This document shows positions 53,101 to 64,000 of a DNA stretch of 64,000 bases, piece by piece (within the stretch, counting starts at the first letter, position 1; each line of letters opens with the position of its first letter). A program made the position numbers and the translations under genes. The notes under the pieces are model-generated. The model had not been told where the DNA came from. It was given only the letters and a program-made list of their open reading frames with translations, and did no database searches. This DNA comes from Anolis carolinensis. Its lineage: Eukaryota. The DNA is taken from the NCBI RefSeq assembly GCF_035594765.1, contig NC_085844.1, positions 177,770,107-177,834,106 of the forward strand, in the 5' to 3' direction.

Positions 53101-55127
53101 GAAATAATATTGCATAGTGTCTGTTGGTAAATTATGTTGGACTTATATAGGTTGCCCACTACAACTCACTTTTTAGTTATTGAGGTGGTCATCATTCTTT
53201 ATTGACCATGCAGTGACCAAAATGCTTCACAAGCCCCCCCACCCCAACCCCAAACATTCCCCATTGGTAGAGGCTGGGAGCAGCACATAGCCAGATAAGC
53301 AATGATGTTATCCACTGGCATTTGGAGGTCCCTGCAGATGCTTCTTACTGTCCATTCAGCCAGAGAAAAACATCTGGATGCTTTTCTTTCCTTCCACTGG
53401 GTTCGGAAAAGGGGAGCAGTTGTGAAAAGGTGGATTAGGGGGATGATTTAGCACAAGACTAGCATAGCTATCTCTCATGCAAGATTACAGCCAACGTGTT
53501 CTCCATTTCAGAGACGCTGATAGCTTTACAATTATGGTACTGTTTTGCATGGTTTATGGCACAGCCTTTGAAGAGGGAGGAAATTTAGAAGTGAAAGTGA
53601 CATAACTATATTCACTGAATTAATATACAATCCCTGATGAAATGCCACAGGTTGACAATGTAGATAGCATATAAGCAAAAGAACAATGGCAATAAGCCCA
53701 TAATAGGAATTACGATGTTTTAGATTACAGATGGGAAACTGTGTGTGGGCCAAGGGGCCAATTTCCTTCTAGCCCCCCCCCCCCACACCTTTTGAGGGTT
53801 GCACCCCAATCCTTGCAGTAAACTCAAACACCTTTGTTTTCCTCAGAAGATCTTCTCAAAATGGCGCTAACTGGATTTGCATCACTTCTTGCAGGTTCTC
53901 CAGTGTGATTCAATTAACAACTTCTGATAGATGCTGACCACAGTTAAACTAGAAGACCTACAAAATCCTTGAGAGGTGTTCTCTCCAGTTAAATAAAGAG
54001 CTTTTTAAAAACTTACACTTTTTCACTATAACCCCAGTGACCATGGAGGGTGCACAGTATAGGTTCCAGTCAAGCTCACTGGAATGTTATTTTTTCCCAC
54101 CACTAAACCATGAAGTAAACTGAAGTGGAACAGCTACAGAAAAAAAAAAACACTTTTATAATACCAGAAAGCTTCAAATGTATTCAGCATGCAGATGGGG
54201 ACAACAAATGCCTGGATACTTGCCAAGTATCAAACAAAAACTACTTTCCAAATCACTTTCTTCTCCTTGGGAGCTGATAAATTTAGAATGATCAAAAGGA
54301 ACTTCATCAAACAGTGAACAGGTTTAGCTTGAATGGGAGCTTTCTGTGCAGAGAAAGCCATATTATACATAGAAGTGATATGAAGTGTCTGAAATGTCAA
54401 CCCATTTCACTTAACATAAAATTCGAGTGAAAGGAAAATGACATGCGTAGAGCTTGGAAATGCTTCTCCCAGTATTTATCAAACATCATGGCCACAGAAT
54501 ACTCCTAAATTCTACCCAAGTTTGAAGCTGATACTGTAATAGTCCAGCTGCTACACCATCCATAGGATCCCTTGAGCTGCGCAAAACTAGACAAGCTTCC
54601 AAGAACAAAACACTATTCCTTCCCCAACTAAAAATATTTGTTACAATTAGAAGCAAGATATGGACCATGATTGCTTAGTTATGAAGATATCCTACTTGAT
54701 AATGCCTGTCATGTTACTAATTATGACAGAGTGTGATTTTCTCATGCCAGCACCACATTGTCATCATTCTAAAAGAAGTCTGGCATCCTGTTGAGGAATT
54801 ATAATAGTTTAAGTCAGGTAATTGCTGAAATCAGAATTAACTACCAACCATGCAACAACAAAAGCAATGACATCATCTGTAGGGACCTTCGGATGTCTTT
54901 TGCTGGTTATTCAGCAATAGCTAAACAGCTTGACACTGGTATCCCACCCCCTTAATCAATCAATAAATGGCTGGGTTGAGGCAGAGAAAATGCAGGTGGA
55001 GGTAGACAAGAGGCAAGCATGGCTATGCCTTGCAACTACGGCTCCCAATATTGGATCTCAAACTCTCCCCTCCCTTCTCAGAAAGACTTACGGATTAATT
55101 TTTGTATAAGTGTTTCAAGATGGCACA

Positions 55128-55433
55128 GTATTTAAGCTGCAGAACTTGCTGACCAGAAGGTTGGTGGTTCGAATCCACGGGACGGGGTGAGCTCCCGTTG
55201 TTAGCCCCAGCTTTTGCCAACCTAGCAGTTCGAAAACATGCAAATGTGAGAAGATCAATAGGTACCTCTTTGGCAGGAAGGTAACAGCGCTCCATGCAGT
55301 CATGCCAGCCACATGACCTTGGAGGTGTCTACGGACAACGCCGGCTCTTCAGCTGAGAAACGGAGATGAGCACCACCCTCCAGAGTCGGACACAACTAGA
55401 CTTAATGTCAAGGGGGAAACTTTTACCTTTACC
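55128..55433 (+). mobile_element. Sauria SINE
   Basis: GGTTCGAATCC B-box, conserved body, TTTACCTTTACC tail. Confidence 0.88.
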
Positions 55434-57439
55434 TCAAGTGTTTCAAATAAAGAACATATACCCCATTTTGCAAACCCTTTCCAGGAATATGCTGAGTAAA
55501 TGCTGTTGGATCAAAGCTAGAGCCAATAAAACACAATCGACAACTAAATACACCTTGGAAAGAATGTCTCTAGCTATATCATAGAATCATAGAATAGTAG
55601 AGTTGGAAGAGACCACATGGGCCATCTAGTCCAACCCCCTATAATCACAAAGAAAATTGCATAGTCATGACATTGTGTGTTAGAAAAGGCAGTCTGGGGA
55701 AATTAATTTGGGAGGTCACATTTCCCAGAATCTCCAGCCAATTTGGCCAGTAGCTAAGTTAGTAGGGGGATTCTGGGAGCTACAGTCCAGAAAAGATAAC
55801 TTTCCCAAGCTCTGATGGGAAACTCTTATTGTACTAGGCAACTGACCTTTGCAAATTCAGACTCAACATAGATAAACCATTTCCAAAAGAACTGGAGGGG
55901 CACTTTATGTTTGCGGCAAATTTGCTCATATTTTATTTTAATCAGTTACTTGGTAGCAGCATCCTAACTACACACTGGTAAGACATTTAAAACACAAGCT
56001 GTAAGAAAAATCATGAACATATTCAAAATGTTTACAATTGTGCTCTGAATCCTCTTATTTTATATTGCTTTAATCTGTTATCATTCATTTTACGTGGTCA
56101 TTGCCCTAAGATCCCATGGCATAGGGTGGGATAGATATATTATAATAAGTAAACAAAAATGAAACAAATGTTGACCATCACTCATTGGTCTGGTGTCTCA
56201 AGCATCTCTGTGATGTCGCATAAAAGAAGGATTGAAAAGTTGAGGAGAAGCTAAGGAAGATTCAAGAAGGGTTTCTCCAGGGGTCACACAAATTCTCTAA
56301 AATGCCTCCCCCCCCCCAAAAAAAACCCAAAAAGCTAAAAGGGGCTAAATATCCATATCTGGTTTTGAATTATTTAAATATGTTAAAATAGGGGGAAGGG
56401 AATTGTGGATGTTAGCTATTGGATCACCATTCTTGGAAGCTTCCCAAAGAGATAAGATAACTTTTTGGGGGCTCCCCAAGAAAAATATAGAGTCCAGAGG
56501 AGTATAGAAGAGTTGAAGTTCAGAAAAACAACTTTGTGCCTACATGCAACCATGGGCAGCATTTTGCTGAATTCTGACATAAAACAAGCAAGGGACGCCT
56601 TTGGCTTCTAGATCAAAAACCCAGACTACCATTTTTCATTCTCAGCCTTGTCCCCTCCTAACGTCTTTTACTTTTCTTCACTTTCTCAGACATTCACTCG
56701 CTGATGCCATCTCTTGAAGATTTCTCCTGTCCTCCATTGGGAGTTGGTGCCTCTAAGATCTTCCACTCATTCATCCTTTGGGAGGTGGGGAAGAAACTTC
56801 AAGAGCTGCTGTTTCAAAGCACCCGGAGGAAGTCTGATGTATGTGTCTGTGTGTAGATGAAGGACTAGATTGGTTATGTGAATAAAAATCTATTGGATGG
56901 GAATGCAGAAGGGGAAAGGCCTGCCCCTTGCTAATCTACAGCCTCTGGCAGTTAACCCTGGAGAAATAAGTCCCTTGGAAGGAAAAAAAAACTATTTCCC
57001 CATCCAAACATAAATATCATGAACCTGAGCTTTGGCCAATGGAAAGGGTGGCAAGGAACTAGCTGAACAAGAAAAGGCCTGATCAAAGGAAGTCCTGAGG
57101 CTATATTTGTACCAGCTGACAGACCAGTCATGTCTCTTTTATTTAAACAGCAGAGAAATGCATCTCTCTGATTCAGCATTGTCATAAGGTGACAATGCAT
57201 TGTCATTGTCATATTTTGACACAGGTTACCTTCTATCGTTATAGTTGGTCTGAACATCTTGTTCAGTGGGGAAAGTTCGTGTCAGGATTTGTACAACCCT
57301 CTTGCCAAGGTGTATATGTACTATATATACTCATGTACAAGTTGTTATCAAGTATAAGCAGGGCCGGTCCAACAATGGAGGCCGTTTAAGCAGCCGCTTC
57401 GGGCGCACGTCAAGGGGGGCGCTGTTGAGGCTCCCTCTC

Positions 57440-58395
57440 GCACTCCTCGGCCCACTCGCGCATCTCTCGCACTCGTCCCACTCGCGGCCCTCTCGCACTC
57501 TGCTCAATCGCGCCCCTCTCGCACTCGGCCCACTCACGCCTCTCTCACACTCGGCCCACTCACGCATCTCTCTCACTCGGCCCACTCGCGCCCCTCTCGC
57601 ACTCGGCCCACTCACGCATCTCTCTCACTCGGCCCACTCACGCCCCTCTCGCACTTGGCCCACTCACGCCTCTCTCGCACTCGGCCCACTCACGCCTCTC
57701 TCTCACTCGGCCCACTCACACCCCTCTTGCACTCGGCCCACTCACGCCTCTCTCGCACTTGGCCCACTCACGCCTCTCTCGCACTCGGCCCACACGCGCT
57801 TCTCTCTCACTCGGCCCACTCACACCCCTCTTGCACTCGGCCCACTCACGCCTCTCTCTCACTCGTCCCACTCATGCCCCTCTCGCACTCGGCCCACTCA
57901 CGCCTCTCTCGCACTCGGCCCACTCGCGCCTGTCTCTCTCTCGGCCCACTCACTCCCCTCTCGCACTCGGCCCACTCACGCATCTCTCTCACTCGGCCCA
58001 CTCACGCCCCTCTCGCACTCGGCCCACTCACGCCTCTCTCGCACTCGGCCCACTCACGCCCCTCTCGCACTCGGCCCACTCACGCCTCTCTCGCACTCGG
58101 CCCACTCACGCCCCTCTCGCACTCGGCCCACTCGCGCCTCTCTCTCACTCGGCCCACTCACGCCCCTCTCGCACTCGGCCCACTCACGCCTCTCTCGCAC
58201 TCGGCCCACTCGCGCCTCTCTCTCACTCGGCCCACTTGCGCCTCTCTCTCACTCGGCCCACTCGCACCCCTCTTGCACTCGGCCCACTCACGCATCTCTC
58301 TCCCTCAGCCCACTCACGCCCCTCTCGCACTCGGCCCACTCACGCCCCTCTCGCACTCGGCCCACTCACGCCTCTCTCGCACTCGGCCCTCTCGC
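57440..58395. repeat. GC-rich 26-bp minisatellite (~37 copies)
   Basis: Unit CTCGGCCCACTCACGCCTCTCTCGCA with variants. Confidence 0.97.
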
Positions 58396-58777
58396 CCTTG
58401 CAGCCCTCTTGCCCCTGAACAAGACCTGAGGCCAGGCCTCTGGGCCTGCTGCTCCACCTGCACCCTTCCTGGATTCCTCCCGCAACGCCCGGCAGCCCTC
58501 CGAGGCTGGAAGGAGCTCTGGCAGGTCGAGCAGGCCTGTGCCCCTGCCATGCACCTCCTTGGGGACCCTCTCAGCCATGAAGACGGGGCAGGTAGGAACC
58601 CGTCCCTGTTCCCAGCATTTCGCCAGGCATGTCTCCAGGGCAGGCCTGGGCCAACTTGGCAACTGAGGGGGGAAATGGAGGGGCCTGAGGCTGGGTTGCT
58701 GCAGGTTTTTCAGCTGCCTGGCCATGTTCCAGAAGCTGGAACATGTGGGCCTACTCCTAGGATTTATAGTTTCCTAA

Positions 58778-59345
58778 GGCCCCTTCTTCACAGCCATAGA
58801 AGACAGATTATCAAGGCAGATAATCCACATTTTCTGCTTTGAACCAGATTATATGCATCCACACAGCCATATAATCCAGTTCAGAGCAGATAGTCTGGAT
58901 TTTATATGGCAGGGTATGGGTTCTTCTACATAACCATATAATTGAGATTATGAAGGCAGATAATCCAGGTCATATGCACTGAACCGGATTACATGCATCC
59001 ATACAGCCATATAATCCAGTTCAGAGCAGATAGTCTGGATTTTATATGGCAGGGTATGGGTTCTTCTACATAACCATATAATTGAGATTATGAAGGCAGA
59101 TAATCCAGGTCATATGCACTGAACCGGATTATATGCATCTACACAGCCATATAATCCAGTTCAGAGCAGATAGTCTGGATCTTATATGGCAGGGTATGGG
59201 TTCTTCTACATAACCATATAATTCAGATTATCAACGCAGATAATCCACATTATCTGCCTTGAACTGGGTTATCTGAGTCTACACTCCCATATAATCCAGT
59301 TCAAAGCAGATAACCTGCATTTTATATGGCAATACAGAAAGGGCC
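58778..59345. mobile_element. PIF/Harbinger-type MITE with internal 140-bp tandem amplification
   Basis: GGCCC ends, TAA TSD; units start at 58851, 58991, 59131. Confidence 0.75.
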
Positions 59346-59689
59346 TAAGGGTATATTGTAGTGTATATTGTAGTGGTGTACTTCAGAGGGATGCATATAT
59401 CTCACCAAAGGGCAGCTGCACTTTGGAATTAATGCAGTTTGACTCCAATTTCATTGCCATGGCTCAATGCTATGAAACCCTGGGAATTGTAGTTTTATAA
59501 GGTCTTTAAACCTTCTCTGCCAAATAGTTTAGATGCCTCACCGAACTATAACTCCCAGGATTCCATAGCATTGAGCCGTGGCAGTGAAAGTGGAGTCAAA
59601 CTATGTTAAATCCACGGTGCCTCACTTCTTCCAATGGAGAAATAAAGATACAAGTGCCAGTTAAGTCCAGTGGATTTCTTTATTCATAC

Positions 59690-60065
59690 CAGGGGTCCCC
59701 AAACTTTTTAAACAGGGGGCCAGTTCACGATCCTTCGGACCGTTGGAGGGCCAGACTATAGTTGGCCACCGAGCAATAATAAATAAATATCTAAATAAAT
59801 AAATAAATAATAACAATAACAATAAAAAAGAGGGTTGGAAGACACCCTTTGGGCCATTGAGTCCAATCCCCTTCTGCTTTGTGCATCGAAAGCACAAACA
59901 AAGCACCCCTAAGAGATGACCACCCAGCGTCAATGTGAAGAAGAAGAAGAAGAAGAAGAAGAAAGAGGTTTGGAAGAGACCCCTTGGGCCATTTAGTCCA
60001 ACCCCCTTCTGCCTGTGTGCACCAAAAGCACAAGCAAAGCATCCCTGATAGATGGCCACCCAGCC

Positions 60066-60125
<60 letters not shown>

Positions 60126-60224
60126 GGATTGGAAGAGACCCCTTGGGCCATTTAGTTCAACCCCCTTCTGCCTGTGTGCACCAAAAGCACAAGCAAAGCA
60201 TCCCTGATAGATGGCCACCCAGCC

Positions 60225-60278
<54 letters not shown>

Positions 60279-60382
60279 GGATTGGAAGAGACCCCTTGGG
60301 CCATTTAGTCCAACTACCTTCTGTCTCTGTGCACCAAAAGCACAAGCAAAGCATCCCTGATAGATGGCCACCCAGCCTCAAT

Positions 60383-60437
<55 letters not shown>

Positions 60438-60564
60438 GTTGTAAGAGAAGAAGAGACCCCTTGGGTTACTTAGCCCAACCCCCTTCTGCCCTTGTGCCGT
60501 GTGGCTGGATAAATGGCTTCGATGGGCCGCATCCGGCCCCCGGGCCTTAGTTTGGGGACCCCTG
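59690..60564. mobile_element. OposCharlie1/OC1-like non-autonomous hAT carrying tandem CR1-tail-like/microsatellite units
   Basis: TIR CAGGGGTCCCCAAACT, exact TSD ATTCATAC; 4-5 units of GGAAGAGACCCCTTGGGCCATTTAGTCCAACCCC..GATGGCCACCCAGCC separated by (AAT)n/(AAG)n. Confidence 0.85.
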
Positions 60565-60652
60565 ATTCATACCATATGGAGAGGGGCAGATTTCTCGCCC
60601 TTTTCATGATATTGTTTAAACTTCCACTCTATGTCTAATTTTTGTTTTGTGT

Positions 60653-60985
60653 AAGGTAAAGGTAAAGGTTTCCCCTGACGTTAAGTCCAGTCATGTCTGA
60701 CTCTGGGGGTTGGTGCTCATCTCCATTTCTAAGCCAAAGAGCCAGTGTTGTCCGTAGACACCTCCAAGGTCATGTGGCCAGCATGACTGCATGGAGCACC
60801 GTTACCTTCCCGCCGGAAGTGGTACCTATTGATCTACTCACATTGGCATGTTTTCAAACTACTAGGTTGGCAAAAGCTGGAGCTAACAGCGGGCGCTCAT
60901 TTCGCTCCCGGGATTTGAACCTGGGACCTTTCGGTCTGCAAGTTCAGCAGCTCAGTGCTTTAACACACTTCGCTACCGGGGCTCC
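60653..60985 (-). mobile_element. Full-length Sauria SINE
   Basis: Tail to head; flanking tttttgttttgtgta duplication. Confidence 0.9.
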
Positions 60986-61117
60986 TTTTTGTTTTGTGTA
61001 TTTTATGGAAATATGTTTCCATATGTATATTTTACGGAGTGTTTTTAAATTATTATGTGTTCTAGCAATGTTGTCAACCGTCTTGAGCGGGTAAGAAATA
61101 AAATTATCATTATCATT

Positions 61118-61395
61118 ATTGAGTTGCTGTGCATTTTCTGGGCTGTCTGGCCATGCTCCAGAAGCATTCTCTCCTGACATTTCACCCACATCTATGGCAG
61201 ACATCCTCAGAGGTTGTGAGGTTGAGGCAAGTGTGAATGTTGCAGTTGGCCACCTTGATTAGCATTGAATGTCCCTCACATATTCATAGCTGGCTGCTTC
61301 CTGCCTGAGGGAATCTTTGTTGGGTGGTGTTAGCTGGCCCTGATTGTTTCATGTCTGGAATTCCCCTGTTTTTGAGTGTTCTTTTTTTACTGTCC
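61118..61395. mobile_element. Penelope-like fragment
   Basis: GGCCATGCTCCAGAAGCATTCTCTCCTGACATTTC..CATCCTCAGAGGTTGTGAGG; family assignment from recall. Confidence 0.6.
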
Positions 61396-61768
61396 TGGTT
61401 TTATTTATTTATTTATTTATTTCCCATACTTGTGTCCCGCCCTTCTCACCCTGAAGAGGACTCAGGGTAGCCTCACAACTGCCAACAATTCGATATCCGA
61501 TTGTTTTGGGGGGGCGCCAAAATTCTGTTCGCTTACACTTGAAAATTACCTTGGGCCGGCCCTGAGTATAAGCTGAGGAGAGGTTTGGGGGGGGGGGGGG
61601 GGAATTATAGATTATGATATGACCTGTGGATAAGTCGAAGGCCATTCCACATAAATGTGAAAACACCAATGCCGACTCATGGGGCCAGCCCACCTAAACA
61701 TTCAGAATGGCCAGAGGAGAGTAAAGGGAGTTAGTGCTTCTTTTGGGTTCTCCTGGGTTACACTAAGC

Positions 61769-62068
61769 CAGTGGTTCTCAACCTGTGGGTCCCCAGATGG
61801 CCATCCAGCCTCTGCTTAAAAGCCTTCTTTGGAGGCTTTTAAGCAGAGGCTGGATGGCCATCTGTCGGGGGTGCTTTGAATGCGATTTCCTGCTTCTTAG
61901 CGGGGGGTTGGACTAGATGGCCCTTGAGGTCTCTTCCAACTCTACTATTCTATGATTCTAGGTGTTTTGGCCTACAACTCCCAGAAATCATAGCCAGTTT
62001 ACCAGCGGTTAGCATTTCTGGGAGTTGAAGGCCAAAACATCTGGGGACCCATAGGTTGAGAACCACTG
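61769..62068. mobile_element. hAT MITE interrupted by a CR1 tail (to 61960) with 5' fold-back
   Basis: Exact TSD CACTAAGC; CR1 tail CTATTCTATGATTCTA; 32-bp hairpin at 61794-61864. Confidence 0.9.
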
Positions 62069-63537
62069 CACTAAGCCCTTGCCTTTTGCCACTTTACTCA
62101 GAGAAGGGGATGGTTCCTTTTTTGATAAGTGTTAAAGTACAGTACATACATTGACCCATGGTTAAATCAATCCAGGTTTTGGGGTTGAATTTTTTTACTA
62201 GAGTTGGTAGGCTTATACACAATAATGCAGTATATATGGTCCAGGTTGAACCACTTTCAATTGTTAACTGAAAATGCCTTTTCTGGTCAAATCCTATAGC
62301 AAGCACCTATACTGAATTCCATTAATACCAGCACTAGGTATGCTAAGACTGCTGATTATACTATTGGGTCACAATTGAAAACCCCCCCTCCCAATTCTGT
62401 CTTTACCAACATGTGGCCCTGCAATTTATAGACAGGAAATGTCAACCTGGATCCAAGGATGATTTTTCTGGGATGTCTCTCTTAAGTGGTGCTTTTCTTT
62501 TGTTAAGCAAGTATCTCTCAGGAAGTCAAGGACAGCCTTTACTAAGAGTCACAGAAGCCGACCTACTTCTGTAGGAGTCATGCCCATGAGTAGCTGTAAT
62601 GATTTCCATGCTATGTCTTCATAATTCTACTTGTTATTCATTTACAGGAAGAAGATGCAAATGGCATAGTTTCATATTACAAAATATAGAGCTGAACAAA
62701 AAAATGCACCTTCCCTAATCCCAGGAGAAATATTAATTAAAAACCAGAAATGATACATCCATTCTAGGAAACACCACTTCCAGTCTTATGAAGCAAGATG
62801 TAAGATGATACCTACTCATTAAATTCTATAGATACGGCCTGCATAAGTTAACTGTCGTGGTGCTCCAGTTCTCTAGACTGAAATTCCAAATATACTTAAC
62901 AGGCAGCAAGTCCAGTGGAATACAGTGGGTAAACCAGCTTAGTTATATTTATTTACTGTATATTTCAGAGTAAGCACATAAAGAATGTAAATATTATCTG
63001 TGATGCTATTACAATGGTATCTTTGGTGTTCAAGCACTGCAGCCAGTTGTGTCACCTTCAGAGATATGTAGTACAGACACAGGAGAGGATCTACTCAGTG
63101 TCTGCTCCTAAATTATGCCATACCTTTTCAAAGGTTAGGCAACCCCTTCCCTTTGTTTCTCCACCAGCAGGAAAGACTCTTCTCTTAAGACAGGCCATCA
63201 ACAACTGCCTGCATGTTATGTTATGGTGTGCTGAACTAGTCAATATTTTTCTACTTATTTTGCTTCAAAGCCACTTCATTATATGATTTATTAAATCCAT
63301 ATTTTAAAATGTTTGTTTTATTCTGTTTTATTGGGAAATTGCTGATTGTGTTTGGAGGCCTCTTGCAAGCCAGCTCTGGGAAAAGTAAAAGCTATAAATC
63401 AAAGAAAGAAAGAATATGGATATGTACTCATATTTGCCTTGATAAGAAACTTCTAAATTCACCCTATTCAGTTACCCTGGTGCTTTATCTTTCTACAAAT
63501 CTAGATGCTTTCACATCTGGCTTAGGCAGTCTTAGGC

Positions 63538-63753
63538 TTCGTGTACACTGTGGAATTAATACGGCTTGACAGCACTTTAACTGCCATGGCTTAATAATAT
63601 GAAATACTGGGATTTGTAGTTTGTAGGCACCAGTACACTTTGGCAGAAAAGGTGAAAGATTTAGAAAAACTACATCTCCCATGGTTCCTTAGCACTGAGC
63701 AATGGCAGCTAAAGTGGTGTTGAATTGCATTAATTCTGAAATGTAGTTACACC
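63538..63753. mobile_element. Palindromic MITE (related copies ~43960-44150, 59411-59620)
   Basis: GAATTAAT..CACTTTAACTGCCATGGCT / AGCAATGGCAGCTAAAGTG..ATTAATTC. Confidence 0.65.
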
Positions 63754-64000
63754 CAAAATTTCCATCTACCCTGTTGTGTCTCTCTCTCTCTCTCATGAAG
63801 CTGTCTCTCAAGGTGACCTTTCTCTACTCTTTGTGGCGGTCTCTTTTTCACTATGTTCCCTTCTCTCTCTCAACTTCAGTGTTCATTCAGCCATTCTTTC
63901 TGTTCATCTCTGTCTCTCTCTCTTGTCTGTTATTGGGTCAGACGATCTTCTCTCTCTCTCAATTTAATGTTTTGAAAAGTTTTCAGAAGGAAGTATCATG

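Larger units (their letters stand above)
57359..61564. mobile_element. 4.2-kb non-autonomous hAT composite with nested cargo
   Basis: TIR CAGGGCCGG / CCGGCCCTG, exact 8-bp TSD AGTATAAG at 57351-57358 and 61565-61572. Confidence 0.85.
38482..64000 (-). other. RNF11: RNF11 intron 1 (partial); exon 1 encoding MGNCLKS...PPPPYQ not found in the window
   Basis: Acceptor AG at 38482-38483 (minus); no exon-1-like coding sequence seen to 64000. Confidence 0.75.

Noticed and set aside
57266-58842. Long ORFs of 387, 395 and 219 aa rich in HSAHSR/LGPLT
   Set aside because: Artefact of a 26-bp repeat with no stop codons on the plus strand; open in all three frames and inside a transposon
57440-60500. 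Repeat arrays superficially like CRISPR
   Set aside because: Vertebrate DNA; tandem units without unique spacers; no cas genes
59984-60550. 188-aa poly-Asn ORF and the poly-Tyr/Leu antisense ORFs
   Set aside because: Translations of (AAT)n microsatellites

Overview
Vertebrate, almost certainly squamate and probably Anolis-type lizard genomic DNA: AT-rich and dense in Sauria SINE, CR1, L2, RTE/BovB, Vingi, Penelope-like, hAT, Tc1/mariner and PIF elements, with one 139-N gap. Two gene loci face each other tail-to-tail. (1) On the minus strand is intact RNF11: coding exons 2 (38312-38481) and 3 (35411-35582), a long TE-poor 3'UTR, and intron 1 running off the right edge (exon 1 not found). (2) On the plus strand, from 113 to 30122, is the syntenic neighbour TTC39A as a dead, intron-containing gene that the ORF track hides. 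Twelve exons or exon remnants are recognisable in order. They carry at least 5 in-frame stops, 3 frameshifts, destroyed splice sites, missing exons, and TE insertions in or at 3 exons. This points to a lineage-specific loss of TTC39A (unitary pseudogene) and is the main finding. Secondary findings: the same hairpin snap-back junction in two independent CR1 insertions; a 91-bp copy starting at a TTC39A 5' splice site and fused to a retroposon-like tail; a perfect 85-bp inverted repeat; a twin-primed Vingi; an RTE with an ~80-bp target duplication; and a 4.2-kb nested hAT composite carrying a GTGAGT-rich minisatellite. Gene and TE family names and human exon numbers/lengths come from recall, not from database searches.
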